A DNA stretch of 63,953 nt, filler included, from Welwitschia mirabilis (lineage: Eukaryota), in the NCBI GenBank assembly GCA_051453625.1. It is 5 parts of one record of this genome, joined end to end, with 100 filler letters (N's around TTAATTAATTAA, not from the genome) between each part and the next. Parts side by side here need not be neighbours in the genome. Positions count along the whole stretch, not along the records: positions 12,214 to 35,882 come from JBOZIK010000001.1; 4 more parts are not named here. The stretch is one strand, 5' to 3'. Shown here piece after piece: positions 12,214 through 25,900 of the stretch. Under the pieces are notes generated by a model. It saw only the letters and a program-made list of their open reading frames with translations. It searched no databases and had not been told where the DNA came from. A program made the position numbers and the translations under genes. The number at the start of each line of letters is the position of its first letter. Position 1 is the first letter of the stretch.

Positions 12214-12790
12214 TGAGCATTTATCTATTAGTTTATCTGCAAAACAACTTAAAATACCCTATCAAATACACTTAAGTTGGCGTCGCAACAATACACTATC
12301 TTAATATTAATTCTAGTTAATTATAATATTAATACCAAGGAAACGATAACATGCAAATTTTTCAAATTACACAATTTAGCAACATACGATTCTTTTTAGA
12401 ATAACATAACTTATACTAATCATTAAGAAAATATAGTAATGAGCCACTTCTTGTGTTTCCATAATAGGTATAATAGCTAAGGAAGTCACTTTATAGCTCT
12501 CCCAATATGATCTCTTTGCTTTAGATGTGCTTTCCAGCTCTTTTTCAAGACTCCAAAAAGATCCTTTTACCTCCTCCAATATGCACATTTATAGGTGCAG
12601 TTGTTGAGAGTTTGTTATTCCTTCTTTTGCACCTCCTATCTAGTTGTTACAACCACTTTTCGTTTTATAGCACAGCTCTACCTCACTGACCTACATCATA
12701 AAGTTAATTTATAGTAACCCATAATATATTACTATAATGTCACAATATTGTTAACATTTTAACATATTCTTTATTAATTCAGTACGAACA
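12214..12790 (-). mobile_element. Nested LTR fragments (approximate)
   Basis: TG-starting LTR-like termini on the minus strand at 12290 (tgttgcgacgccaac) and 12790 (tgttcgtactg); the latter truncates the adjacent integrase. Confidence 0.45.
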
Positions 12791-13600
12791 TAGCATAAAT
12801 GTACATCCATTTCTAAGTCACCATGTATATATTCTCATTTATTTATGTTACATTAATAAATGAGTAGAAACTAAATATTATAGAGATTATAATGCTAAGA
12901 CTATTATTAAGTTTTTGAAATATCATGTTATATTTCATTTTGATCATTTCAAATTGATACCTAGTAATCAAAGATTCCATATTTATATCCAAGTATTTAG
13001 AAACCTTATGCTTAAATGTGTTATTACTCATAATGTAGCTACTACATATTATCATCTAATCAATGGTTAAGATGAAGTAACTAACAATTAGATCACTATA
13101 ATTCTTTAAAAGACATTATTGCTAATAGAAAACATTGGTTACTAAAATTATCACACACATTATGAGCTTATTGTATATTATTTAAAGCTCCTACTAATAT
13201 GATTCCTTAGAAACTTATCTTTGGTAAGCAATATTTTCTTCCTATTGAGATATAACATTAAGCTTTTAATGCTATTTGTAAACTTAATCTTGATTTTTAA
13301 AAATGTGCAAAAATAGATTGGATTAATTGAATGAATTAGATGAAATAAGATTTAATAATTATGATAATTAATGTTTTACTAAAAAAGAATGAAATATTAC
13401 CATGGCTGGAAAAAAAATTTCATATAGGCAATCAAGTTTTACTTTTTAATTCCCATTTTTATTTACTTTATAGAAAGTAAAAATCTAAATGGAAAGGTCC
13501 CTTTATTATTATTCATGTATTTCCTTTTGAAACTATTAATACTCAAGTTCCTATAACTAGTCATATTTAAACAATGAATGGATACAAACTCAAATTATTT
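12791..13600 (+). pseudogene. Athila-type gypsy integrase core and C-terminus, decayed
   Basis: INK*VETK..DYNAKTIIKFLK..FRNLMLKCVITHNVATTYY..NG*DEVTN..LNELDEIR..GNQVLLFNSH..KSKWKGPF..NGYKLK, matching the Athila integrase pattern including the GPF motif. Confidence 0.85.
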
Positions 13601-14199
13601 AATGATAAAAATTTAAATGTAGTTTAGATCTATTTTAATTTATGTTTTGGATGTAAATGTGATAAAACCTAAAAAATAAAAAAAAATTATTTTTGTTTGT
13701 ATTTGTATTTCCTTTAAAATTTTAAAGTATTGATACTTTTTTAGATGATAAAATGAAAGTTATAGGTCTTACATATTCACATTTAAGAGGGCTATGAGGT
13801 TTGAGGAGGATGTACTCCTATTTTTTAAATATTATTAATTTAAAAAAATCTTTTTAATTTTGTTCTTAAATTTCCCTTTTCTTTTAATAACCAAGATATG
13901 TATTTTTTAATCCTAAAATGTTATTTTTTATCTTAGCTATTATGTATAACTAGTTATTACCTAGATTCTAGTGTACTTTTGAACTTAGTTTTACCACTGA
14001 TTTTTTATGTTTTAGATTTTTGCTACTACTTTTTTCGAAATCCATCTTAATTTCGTGATTAATTTTCTTAAAGCAATAGTACAACATTAAAATAAACTTC
14101 TAAGTAATACTATAGCATCATTATAATTAATAATCATGGATATTATTATTATAAAAGCCTCATTTTAGGTTCTTAAATGTAATTTTTATATTAAATTAT

Positions 14200-15260
14200 A
14201 GTGGAAGTAGGTTATGCAAATATATGGTTGTCTTAGTAGTTGGGTAGTAAAGCTCTACAAAAATGATGATGAGTTTTATTTCGACTATTTTCTTTTATCT
14301 TGCCTATAGCTTTGTACATTTTCTTCCCTTTTCATGTTACACTTTTATTAAATAAATTAATTACTTTATCCTCTTTTCTGCCTTTACTCTTGAGGATGAA
14401 TTAGTTATAGGTTGTATAGGTGATTGCTTAATTGAAATAGATCATGCATTATATCTTAGTGATACTATATAAATGTTTCTCTAAAATCTTTGTTTTGATA
14501 AAGATGAAAATATAAGGAAGCCTATCATAAATGATCATATAATTCATTAGTTCACCAAAGCTATAGCTAATGCTTTAAAGATACTTTATCATACTAGTAA
14601 CTAGGAATTAATGGATTTGAGTATTTCTTTGAATATGATATTACCTAATCTAGATTATCTTGATGTTAATTCTAGTTTTTATGCTAATGGTTTACTTTTT
14701 AATTATCTTAGGCCATCTTACATACCTCTTACTCATTACATTATGTCTAACATCTTAAGTACTACTCATATCTTCCATGCATTTCCTAATGTTTTAAAAA
14801 CTCTTAAGTTATTTAGATAAGGTAATGCTTCTTGTGTTACTTATCTTATTTTTATCCATGTTTGTTGTGCTTATTCTTATCATCTTTTTACCATTTAAAA
14901 AATTATTATCTATTAATATCTTGAGTTCTATAGGATTGATTATATTAGATACTTTTTTCACTTTTATATTAATTTTAAATATCTTTTGGAGGTAATGAAA
15001 GGTTATGAGCATAAATAATAGCAGATTAGAACTTATCTTGAATAGGATCATACTCTTTTATCAAGAACTAATGAGTGATTAGATATGGTTGACTGTAAGA
15101 CGTGGAGGTAGTCTTGGTCTAATTTTAACTTAATATTTGTATTTCATTCTATGACTCAATTCTTCTATGACTTAAGATAAGATAAACAATAAACTCAACA
15201 TGATTTTTAGCATCTAGTCATTATTGTTAAGAATGAATACCAACATAGAGATGGCATGGA
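14200..15260 (+). pseudogene. Decayed extra ORF 3' of pol (Athila env-like), approximate limits
   Basis: Lies between integrase and PPT/LTR. Reads FL*NLCF..IANALKI..LRPSYIPLTHYIMSNILSTTH, with the same motif order as the 52-53 kb ORF. Confidence 0.55.
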
Positions 15261-15891
15261 CCTTATTTTCCTTAACATTATCCTACATCTTAACTCTTTC
15301 ATATTTGTATTCGAGTGAAATATTCTAATTCTTTACTTCTGTCTTTACTAGTGTGTTGATTGTACCTATTTTTTATTATGCTATGTTTAACAACATATGT
15401 TTTTATATATGAAATCTTATGATTCACTATCACACGTAATACTATTGGATGTGCTTCATTTTATCTAACTTACATCCTTGTTTTTCATTTTACAAATTAA
15501 TAAAACTTAAGAAAACATATATTTTACTTTGCAGATTAATAAATAAAAGGTTGAATGTTCTAATGTTTTTGCATTTTACTTACTATTTCTTGTGATATAT
15601 AATTGTGCTTTCATGATTACTGTATTTTTTTCTTTATATCTCATTTTATTTATAGAACAAATGTTTAGATCTATAATCATTTACTTAAGCTAAAGAAAAC
15701 TCAATCATTAGTTCAAACGGCTTAATAAGTGATGTAATTCCTCATCATCAAGAAAATGATGAATTGCATTTAATATTTTAATAATAGATCTAATACCATA
15801 GTCTATGAGTAAAAATATTAATTATTAGTAAAATTCATTTCTCTTATTATCATTCCTTGGATGAGATATATAAGAATACTAGTTTAGGGTA

Positions 15892-17470
15892 TGATAAAGC
15901 CTAAATTTTTAATGAAATAAATATTAATAGTCATAATTTTGTGTTATGTTTCAGACTATAATACTACATTTAGATGTGTTTTTGTAGTTTTTAAAAATCA
16001 AGGATCATAGACATTTAATGAACTAAAAATAATGCATTATGATTGTTTGCATTTTTAAAAAATTATAAGTAAGTGTAGTTAATTAATTTTACATAAGAAA
16101 ATATATTAAACTCATTTCTTTATTATAAAATTATTTTTTCCACTCTTTTTATCATATTTCAAGTAACTATGAAGTTTTCCATAATATTTACAAGTTTATT
16201 GTTGCATTCTAGAAGATAGTCTAAAAACTAAAGAAAATCTAACAATAAATGTCAGTACCACTATCTAAGTCCACTAGCGTCACTGGTATTCTAAGGTAAA
16301 ACAAGCTAAATCTCATGTTTTTGCATTCTTTTAGGAAGTTCATCAAATCATACTTATAGGCTAAGTTAGATGTTAATCAAAAATAAAACTACAAACTTGA
16401 TGTAACGTGGCAAAAGTGCAAAACAACATGTTGTAATCACATAAGGTAGTAATGAGGATGACTACATAAAAGACATATGACATGGCATTTATTGGGAGCT
16501 GCATCATCAGACAAAGGGCATATCATTACCTTTCTTACATTAGAAGATAAAGAATCCTCATTTAAAGCTACATGTAAAATATTTGTAAATTCCTCCTTAA
16601 GTGACTACGCGAATGTAATCCCTCTTATGTAATCATCCATCAACTACATGATAAAACTTCTCAAGCCTTTCCTCATCTATAAAAGGGCCTTAAGTCTCCA
16701 TTGTAATAGATGTTTTAGTTGGCATAATGTGGTGGAAATACTTGGAGCATTAGGATGTCATGGAATTATAAGCATCTTCCTTTAGAATGGAGTTTTTCCA
16801 AGGCTAGTTGAGGAACCCACTCACTTCATCTCTCTCTATTGATGTAATGTATCTTTTAAGTTTTAATAGAAGATTATCGTTTCATTAGTTCATTATTAAT
16901 GCCTAAAAATTTCATACTAGCACTCTTTAGATGATGTTAGTTATTGTTTATTTAAGTAGTCATTTATTATTTTATAATTAATGTAAATTAATATGGTATT
17001 AGTAATCCTTAGGTGAGACTACTTATTTATTAAGCTATTTTGTAACAAAGTGATTTTCCAAAGGTTACTTCTATGATTTATAGTTACTATTATTTGAGGG
17101 ATCCTATTCATAATCATTCATACTTTCTATGCTTACAAAGGGCTATGAAGGATTAGAGGGACTGAATAACTAACCAAAACTCATTTGGGAGATGAGATTA
17201 TTCCTTCATTAGAGTGAAGGCAAAGCATTGGATGAATTAGTTAGAATTTTAAAGCACTTTCATTTCCTTACATTGTCAATTAAGAATCATTAAAATATCA
17301 AGTTTAATTTTGTATTTTGTTTGATTTATATTGCAAGTTTGAATTAATTATATTCCTTTCATTAAGTCACCACATATACATCCCTATGGAAGAATGATAC
17401 TAGGTTTTCACCTAGTTTAAATTTGATTTACTATACATGAATGAATAATATTTTGGTGTCATTACTAGGA
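15892..17470 (+). repeat. Athila-type LTR (~15892-17450) with PBS 17454-17470
   Basis: PPT-like agtttagggta|TGAT at the left end; ctataaaagg TATA near 16680; right end followed by tggtgtcattactagga (deaminated TGGCGCCGTTGCCGGGGA). Left boundary less certain. Confidence 0.65.
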
Positions 17471-20400
17471 TATTAGCATGATATATTTTTAAAAGTTCAT
17501 GATTTTTGTTCTTATAATTTTCTAATTTAGTTTTTATTTTTCATTGAATGATACTAGTTCCTTATAGTAATACATAAACTAGTCTTTTTCTCTTTGTTTA
17601 TGTGTTTTTTCCCCTTTCTAGTTGGGGGTACATGTCCTTTTCTAGTGAAATACCAATTGCTCTAATTTTTTTATTTTGATTTAGTTTTTATATTCTAATT
17701 TAAAATATATTTCAATACCTCATATCTTGTATTAAAAATCTAATGTTTTTCTATAGGATATAAAGGAAACTAAGATTATAAAATAGAAAAACTAGATTCA
17801 AACTTTAACATTTTTATGTATTTTGTGTTCTACTGGGTTTCTACAATTTTTTCTATAATTTTTAGTTTTTTTATTCTTTAAAATTCAAAAATAATTTCTA
17901 TGATTTTACTTTTCTAGGTTTTATTTTTTAAGTTATAGTCAATTTTATTCTCTATCAATATTTTTTGAAACCATGTAAGCTGAAGCATTTTGTGTAGATC
18001 CCAACATAACCTCTATCTCTTCTTGACTTACTCTATTTCAAAAAATAGCACAACTACTTTTTCAACTAGAACTACTAGTGTCATTACTTAGAAACCCTTT
18101 AAAATTATCTTAAAACCTCATCTCATCCTCTAAACTATTCTTGATATTAGAACTTTTTTTTTATCCTCAAAAAGTTAGAAACAGGTAACATGTAGTTAAT
18201 TTTGCAGGCTATGTGTTGAATCTTAACATGAGTTGGACATGTAATCCATTTGAACAACCTTATAAACTATAATGTATCTATCGGAATTGTGAAAATGTTT
18301 ATAATTTTCAGAACTGTAATTAGACTAGGTGAACTATAGGGGATTATACTTAACCTCTAGGGAATTAGCCCTAATATAATCCACACCATCCTCTTGATAC
18401 TAGGTAAAGCTTGGAAGATTATCTTAAAAGTCTAGAATTCTCCTCATACATAGATCAAATTCTTTATAATCTTGACTTTAAAAATCCATTTTTTTCAATA
18501 AGCGAAGTTTGATCTTATGCCTTTCATTGAGTCTTATAACCCTTACCTTTTATCTTTCTTTTTATATTATTCATCATTTGATGAATACACTCCATCTTCC
18601 TACACTTAACAAACCTTATCACCTTTCCTAGAAGATATCCTAGAAAGGTTTATAGAAGACAATAATCAAATCTCTTCCAACATGTCTTAATCCCCTTCAC
18701 ATCCTCTAGAAGAAACAACTAATAAAACCAATGAAAATCTTAAGAAACTTCTATAACAAATGACCCATACCACTTCTCAAATTGCTAGTATTCGTAACCA
18801 ATAAGAAGAATAAAATCTTCTCATATTCCATGAACCTAAGAGCCTTTAAAATCTTAAAAGAATTGGTAATAGTAAAATAAATGATACCTAAGCCATATTA
18901 TTTAGGAATGAGGAAGAAGTTAAGGAGGAACTCCATGAGAATCTTAATTTCAAAAATACATTAAAAGTAAATGATTATATGTAATAAATTTATAATTTGA
19001 AGTATAATTAAATATATCACATGATCAATAATCATTAGAAAATGAAGAACCATTTGAGAAAGACAATATCTTTAAGATTTATATAATAGAGGATGAATCA
19101 ATAAGAAACATGAATGATGAAATCATAGAATCACAACCATTATCGCTTGTATAAACACATGAGGAAGAATTTCCTAATGAAGATGAGAACATTAGCAAAG
19201 ATCCCATTTATAATCCATCCTATGAAGAACCTTTTTCTCAATAAACTCTTAAGATAACTATGTCATCTTGTTGTTTATATTTTAAGTAAGACCTAAGCCT
19301 TAATGAATAATAAAAACCTTCTTTATCTTTAGAATCATTTTCTAATAATCGTTTTTATGATCAGTTACCTTTTCTAATGGTTTCTATATTACTTTTATCT
19401 TCATCTCAAAATGAAATTCTTGATATTATTATTAAAATTTGGATTTGGCCATGTAAGGTTTGAATCCTTGGGGTAATCTTGCTATTTCTCATACATTAAT
19501 GATAGATACAAGCATAGCTAAATTTCATCACAAACATGAATCTTTATCAATGATTACTTTATGCATGAGATACATTTTAACTATTTAACTTACATCTATA
19601 AACCTATATATTTTGAGATATAATTAAGAACCTTACTTTAAAAGGGATGTGATTTTATTGCATAATGATAGGATGTAGTGGTTTCTTAGAAATTTTTTTT
19701 AGGAGTCTTATATTTAGATTACATTAAACATGAGATACCTAACAATGTATTTTTTATATGGAACTTTAATAATTATTACCTTTTCATAATTACTAATAAT
19801 TCACCCCTTTTATCTGAACATGATTTCATAACATTCATTAATCATCCACCTCAACCATCCTCTTATGAATTCACTAGATGTAATAATCTCAGTTAATGGC
19901 CTTTTGAAAAAAACCAATAACAAAGTGATCTTTTTCATCTTAAATTTTAGTAGAGATTTTGTAACTTATTGCTTTTTAAGAGAAAGTCATCTTTATTTTT
20001 AAGTTCTTTATTAAACCTTATAGTCATTAAAACTCTCTAATTTGGTTAATCTCAAGGTAAAAGATAAATTTTTGCTTTTATAATATGATTTTATTTTAAG
20101 ATATTCCATGGCTTGAGATTGTTTTTCTGATTAGGCTAATGAGCCAATGATCCTTTTATTTGCTTTAAAATTTTAAAAAAAAAAAAAAAAAAGAGAGAGA
20201 GAGAGAAAAGGAGGAAAATAGAATAATGAAACAAATAAATGATAAAACTCTTAAACTTCTTAACATATTACTTCTATAATCATTATTATTAGTTTTAATT
20301 AAATATAATGGGGCTATTGATGCTTACTAGTAATGCACTGATAATGATTCATTTATAAGACGTTTAACTACACTAGAGCTATAGATAGTTGCTAGTAATA

Positions 20401-20724
20401 CAACACTAAATTCTTCATGCACAACATGTTAAAGCTATTAGAATAAAATTTTAGGACACTAAATACTCAATATAATCAAATTCTTAAAAAAAGTACTCAT
20501 AAAAGTAGAAGAAAATTATATTGAAATTCATGTGGGATTGAATAAATCTTTTGATTTACTTACTTTAGCAAATTATAACTTGAGTTTCTTTTTCCACTCT
20601 TGATTGTGGAAAATTTTCTTGTCAATACTTTGATTTATTATGGTAACTAATTTATTAAAGTAAAATACAACTAAAAATTATGTTATTAGTTTACATTCAT
20701 AAGTTTTCTTTATTTTAGGATGCA
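17471..20724 (+). mobile_element. Internal region of a probable non-autonomous Athila-like derivative
   Basis: Follows a PBS. About 3.2 kb with only a decayed gag-tail-like stretch (~18.6-18.9 kb) and no recognisable RT or INT before the next LTR. Confidence 0.5.
20175..20207 (+). repeat. poly-A/(AG)n microsatellite
   Basis: A-run followed by gagagagagagaga. Confidence 0.9.
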
Positions 20725-22173
20725 TGACATGCTTATTATTCCATTTTCATCTAATATCATATCTATTTTTACTTAACATTTTAAGCAATACAATGCTATA
20801 TTTTCTTCTATGATATAGTGCATTGTTAACATGCAAAAATTAACATTACAATCAAGCTTAATGATCAATTAATCTTAATAAAAGACATTAATATTTTCAA
20901 TTTCATCATAAAAAATGTCTTCTATTGATTTTCATATTAATTATAAACCTAACTATTTTTCATGGGATTTTTAATTTACTTAATTTTAATTGAATGACAT
21001 TACTCAATTTAATAACCATCAAAGCTAAAACATTGACATTGCCATTCAAGTCCTTTGGCATTACCAATATTTCTGAGTAGATTACCTTCAAATTCATGTT
21101 CCTGGATTGTCATGAAAAATTGAATACAACATAGTTATGGATTTTATCTAATTTTAGATTAAACATTAATTGTAGTCTTAATGATATGTGGTGGTGATGA
21201 TAAAGATTCATAATGAGACATTTGATATAACTGATTAGGGTAATAGTGGATACACATGATGTGATTAGTGATTGGTAGTATTTGCAATACTTTAAAGCCA
21301 GGTGTTTGCATCATCATAATCATTTTTACAAAACAAAAGAGAACACAAATCATTATCCCTAATTTAATTATGTAATTATCAACCTTACTCTATAAGCCAA
21401 GGGCTTATATAACCCTCTCCGCTATATCTTACTATAAAAGGACCTTAAACCCTTTATTGTATTATCTTTGGCTAGCGAATTATAGCACTTTGAATCATTT
21501 ACTTGTAATGGCTTTCTAGATGACTCTTTAGGGGAGTAAGTAGTCTTCAAGATTGTTTAAGAAGTCCTTCTTGCTTCATTTTTCCTTTTCTATAAAGTTG
21601 TTATTATTTTACAATACAAAAGTTGTTTTCCTTTGATTTTAATTTATCAGTAATATCATAATTATAATGATTAGGTAACTACTTTAATTGTTAAGTTTAC
21701 TTTAGTTGAAGGAATTCCTTTTATCACTAAGTCTAAGTCTTATAATTTCATAAAGACTAAGTACTTTAGAGTTCTTACTTTTTATTGCTATTTTAATGCT
21801 AAAGTATTAATTGAATTCATCATTTATCATATGATGGATGAGATTATGCCTTATGACTTAAGCCAAATGCACTTAATAGTTTAAAGGTTTTTGTAAGATA
21901 GACAATTAGATAACATTAAATTGAAAGGATTGATTAAGGATGAATCAATAATACCTTGGAGCTAGTTTGCTTTCCTTCTCTTTTAAGCCAAGGATTAACT
22001 CTAAAAATTCACTATATCTTTTCTTTTATTTATCTTTGTAAATTACATTAATAGATAAAGTTGGTATAATTTTGAACGCATACCTTAGAGGAAGAATGAT
22101 ATCTGAGTAAAAACTTAGCTTTAAATCTGGATATTATATTACATTAATTAGATTTTAGTGCCATTGTTGGAGA
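20725..22173 (+). repeat. Second, diverged Athila-type LTR (~20725-22150) with PBS 22156-22173
   Basis: Shares ctataaaagg(g)ccttaa, gatgagattat and terminal gaagaatgata..tttaaat blocks with the 15.9-17.4 kb LTR. PBS tagtgccattgttggaga. Left boundary approximate. Confidence 0.6.
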
Positions 22174-22905
22174 GAATAGCATAGTAGTAGCTTAGAGGAG
22201 AACTAGTTTTTTTTTCCCCTCAAGTTTTTTATATAGTTTTTGATTCTCCAGTAGTAGGTATTGGTCCTACTTCTAGTGACACCCAAACTAGTCCTTTTTC
22301 TTTTCTTTTGTGTGTTTCTTTTCTTTTCTTTCTAGTGGTTTATACTAGTCCTTTTAGTATTGCTGAAACTGGTCTAGCTTATTTTTAATTATTTTCTAAC
22401 TTATTTTATGGAGATTTGACCTTTTGTTTTCAAGTTTCTCTTAGAGTTTGAAAAACTTAAAAACTTTAAAAACATTTAAATCAAAGTTTATGTTTTATTT
22501 CATGGTTTTCTTTCTTGCTTTTTTTTTAATTTTTGCATTTTCCTATTTTTTTCTTGCATTTCAATATGTGCATAAAACATTAAAATTTTCTAAAATTTTT
22601 CTTACAATTTCTATAATTTTAGGTCTAATTTCATTTACATTTTTCATTTCAGTTCTAATTCACTATAACCCAAATTCTATATTCATTCTGTGTAAACTCT
22701 ACAAACCACTTGGATAAAAATGAATCTGATACTCAAAAACTTACTGGTATTACCACCTTCCCTCATTGACACTATTACCCTTTGTGCCTTGAATACCATG
22801 ATCTTTTCACTTAACCTTATATGTAACCTATAAAATTCATCTAATTTGTAGGCTCTAAAAATTCCTTCTATTTCTTATCTGAAAATCTTCTAATCTAATT
22901 ATTTA

Positions 22906-25900
22906 TGATCTAGGCCCATGATAAAACTAGAATATTAATCTAATATGACATGGATTTTTACATAAACCATGAAAGAATACAATTTTCTAAAATTCAAGAT
23001 TCTATCTTGTAGTAATTTTTGAGTAATTTCAAAATATGAAATCCATTTATTCTAAAGTTTTATAGTTTTCTTAATATTCTTTTTCAAAATATAGTTGAGT
23101 ATAATTTTTGTATTTTTTTAAAGATGAATTAATTCTATTAGTATTTTAAACATTCAAAAATTTTCTAAGTTTATTTTTCTAAATTCTCTCCCCCCATCTC
23201 TCTTTTTCCTCCCTCTTCTTTCTTTTTTTCTTTCTTTTAGTCAAAATAGCTTGAAATTAACTAAGTGCTACTTTGATTTTAAAAATACTAATATGCTAGT
23301 TTTTATGAATTACCTGTTTATTTGAACTAAATTTAGATGTTTTAATTCTTTTAAAACTTATTTCTTAATAAGTCAAGGATTATACTTCAAGTAAGTTGTA
23401 TTATAGTTTAGTATAAATATTGATAAATTCAAATGGTTTGCTATGTTAGTTCAAGTACTTTATCTTTTAAAGTATTATATTTTGATTCTAAGATGTTGTA
23501 CATTTTATATAAAATGAAATGTAATGTCTTAATTACTTAATTACATCCATGTTGAATGATTCCAAGTAGTAAACTTTTCAAGACAAATTACTTTTTGTAT
23601 GAAAATGTCTTTGGTAAATTTGACTATTTAAAATCTTTGTTTATTTGTTTTAGTTATAAATGATCTTAAGAATATTAATGAATGTTTATAAAATATTAAT
23701 TCTTTTTATTTTATTGTATTTTCTTTTTTCACATCTCATGAAACAACATTTTTACACATGAAATTCTTTATGATAATTTTTTATCATGTGTTGTAATTAT
23801 GTATAATTATGATACTATTTTCATATGAATTCATGTGTAGTGTTTCATCTATTAATAATCATGTGCTTCCACTATATATGAAGTTTCACCTAGAAGATTT
23901 CTTTATGCTTTAATTTAAACTTTTTATACTTGAGTTTATTTTCCTAAGTTAAATTATCATGTTAATACATATTTCATTTTACAAAGATTCAGATCATGAT
24001 ATTTTCATTTTAAAAATTGATTTTATCCTTCATTCAAAATTGGTGTCATTATTAAGGAACATTTGTTTTTTTTAAAAATATTATACTTTTCTTTAAAAGC
24101 CTACATATATCAAATAGAATTTAATTATTTTAAGGTGCTTTCAATATTACCATTACATTCATAAGACCACAAGCACTACGTTACTTCATTAAGATTTCCA
24201 GGTATACATGTTTTAATTTTCATTATGTTTTTACACGTCTTTTTTTAATGTTAATACAATGCATTTATGAGTAGAAATTGGATTCATATTATAAAACATT
24301 TGCATATTTATGAAGCCTCTTCTCCTCATATTTTACCTCCAACTTTGATTTCATCTCAATTTAAATTTTACATTCTTATTAAAGCTTTAAATATTATTTC
24401 TTCTAAAATGGCTATCAAAGAAATTAATACTCATACTTTTGATTTTTAAGCTACTCTGGATTAGCTTTTTAAAGTTCATTAAACTAACCTTTCTATTTAT
24501 TTTATCTATGATGCTTCTATTTCTATTAAAAACCTTCAGTATTTTCCTACTTTTCATGGTTTAGATTATGAGGATCTTCATGAGTTTCTTAAATAATTTA
24601 ACATAGTTTGCAAGATAACCCATCAATCTCATTTTGATGAAGTAAAATTAGCAATCATTCTCTTCTATTCAATGATAAAGTTATACATTGGCTTAGGCTT
24701 ATCAATCATAATGAAAACATCTTAAATATTAATAAATTTAAAGTATCTTTCATTAATAAATTTCTTCCTACTACTAACGTGAATGAAATGAGGAATCTTA
24801 TTTGCAGATTTAAGTAATCTTTAACTAAATCTTATTTTAAAAGCTTGTGAGTGTTTTAAATATATTCTAATTAAAAATCCCAATAATTTATTTGAGGTTA
24901 GAATATTAGTTTAATTATTATTATAAGGTTTTAATAAAGAAACTAGAAAGTTAGTAGAAACATTAACTACTAGAGATTTATTAGACTCTACTCCCAATGA
25001 AGTATGAAAAGAATTAAAAGATCTAATTGAAGTCACTCAAAGATGGAAAAATGTTGATAATGATCATGGAAGNNNNNNNNNNNNNNNNNNNNNNNNNNNN
25101 NNNNNNNNNNNNNNNNNNNNNNNNNNNNNNNNNNNNNNNNNNNNNNNNNNNNNNNNNNNNNNNNNNNNNNNNTATGAAAAGAATTAAAAGATCTAATTGA
25201 AGTTACTCAATGATGTAAAAATGTTGATAATTATCATGGAAGAAATAAGTTTATCTTGAATGAACATTTTTCATAAGAATAAATCTAATGATAAATTAGC
25301 TAAAAAATAGAAGTTATTTTTGCTCAACTAGGAAATTTTAAGTTAGAATAAGAAGACCTTAAGAAAATTCTAACTTAATCTTCTTAATCTTTTATGAGTT
25401 TTGTCAAGTAAAGTATTATTCCATTAAATCTAATGAAAATTTTAAGTTTGATCAAAGTGATTTACATTACTATCATCCTTCTAAAGCTCATGCCTTTAAT
25501 CAAAATTATCATAATCCTATACCATTCAACAAGTACTCTAATCTTCATCTAAACAATTTCTATCATAATTCCTTTCATTTTCATAAAAACAATCAATATT
25601 AATTACAACATAAAACTTTACCTCTTCCTCATCCACAAGAAAATAAATAAAAATAAATAATAAATTTGTTGATTAATCAAAGAGGTTAAGTGCAATAAAT
25701 TATTAATTTTATTTTTTAATAACAAAATAAAAATGAGAATCATTCTAGTTTACCTTCTTAATTTACTCCTAATACAAAATTAACTAACATGGTAAAAGAA
25801 CACATTGATGTAAATTCCATTAGATTAATAAGCAAAAAAGTCATTGTTAAGCCTAGTTCTAAAGTTCAAGAAGATGTAAATTTAGGTAAAACAATTGNNN

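Noticed and set aside
22448..22717. Hydrophobic 89-aa ORF resembling a membrane protein (similar ORFs at 51819 and 56603)
   Set aside because: Product of T-rich retrotransposon UTR sequence (Phe/Leu/Ile codons), with no motif support.
25003..25242. About 70-bp direct repeat flanking a 100-N gap
   Set aside because: Sits exactly at contig ends, so an unmerged overlap or collapsed short repeat is likely; the few mismatches cannot be interpreted without reads.
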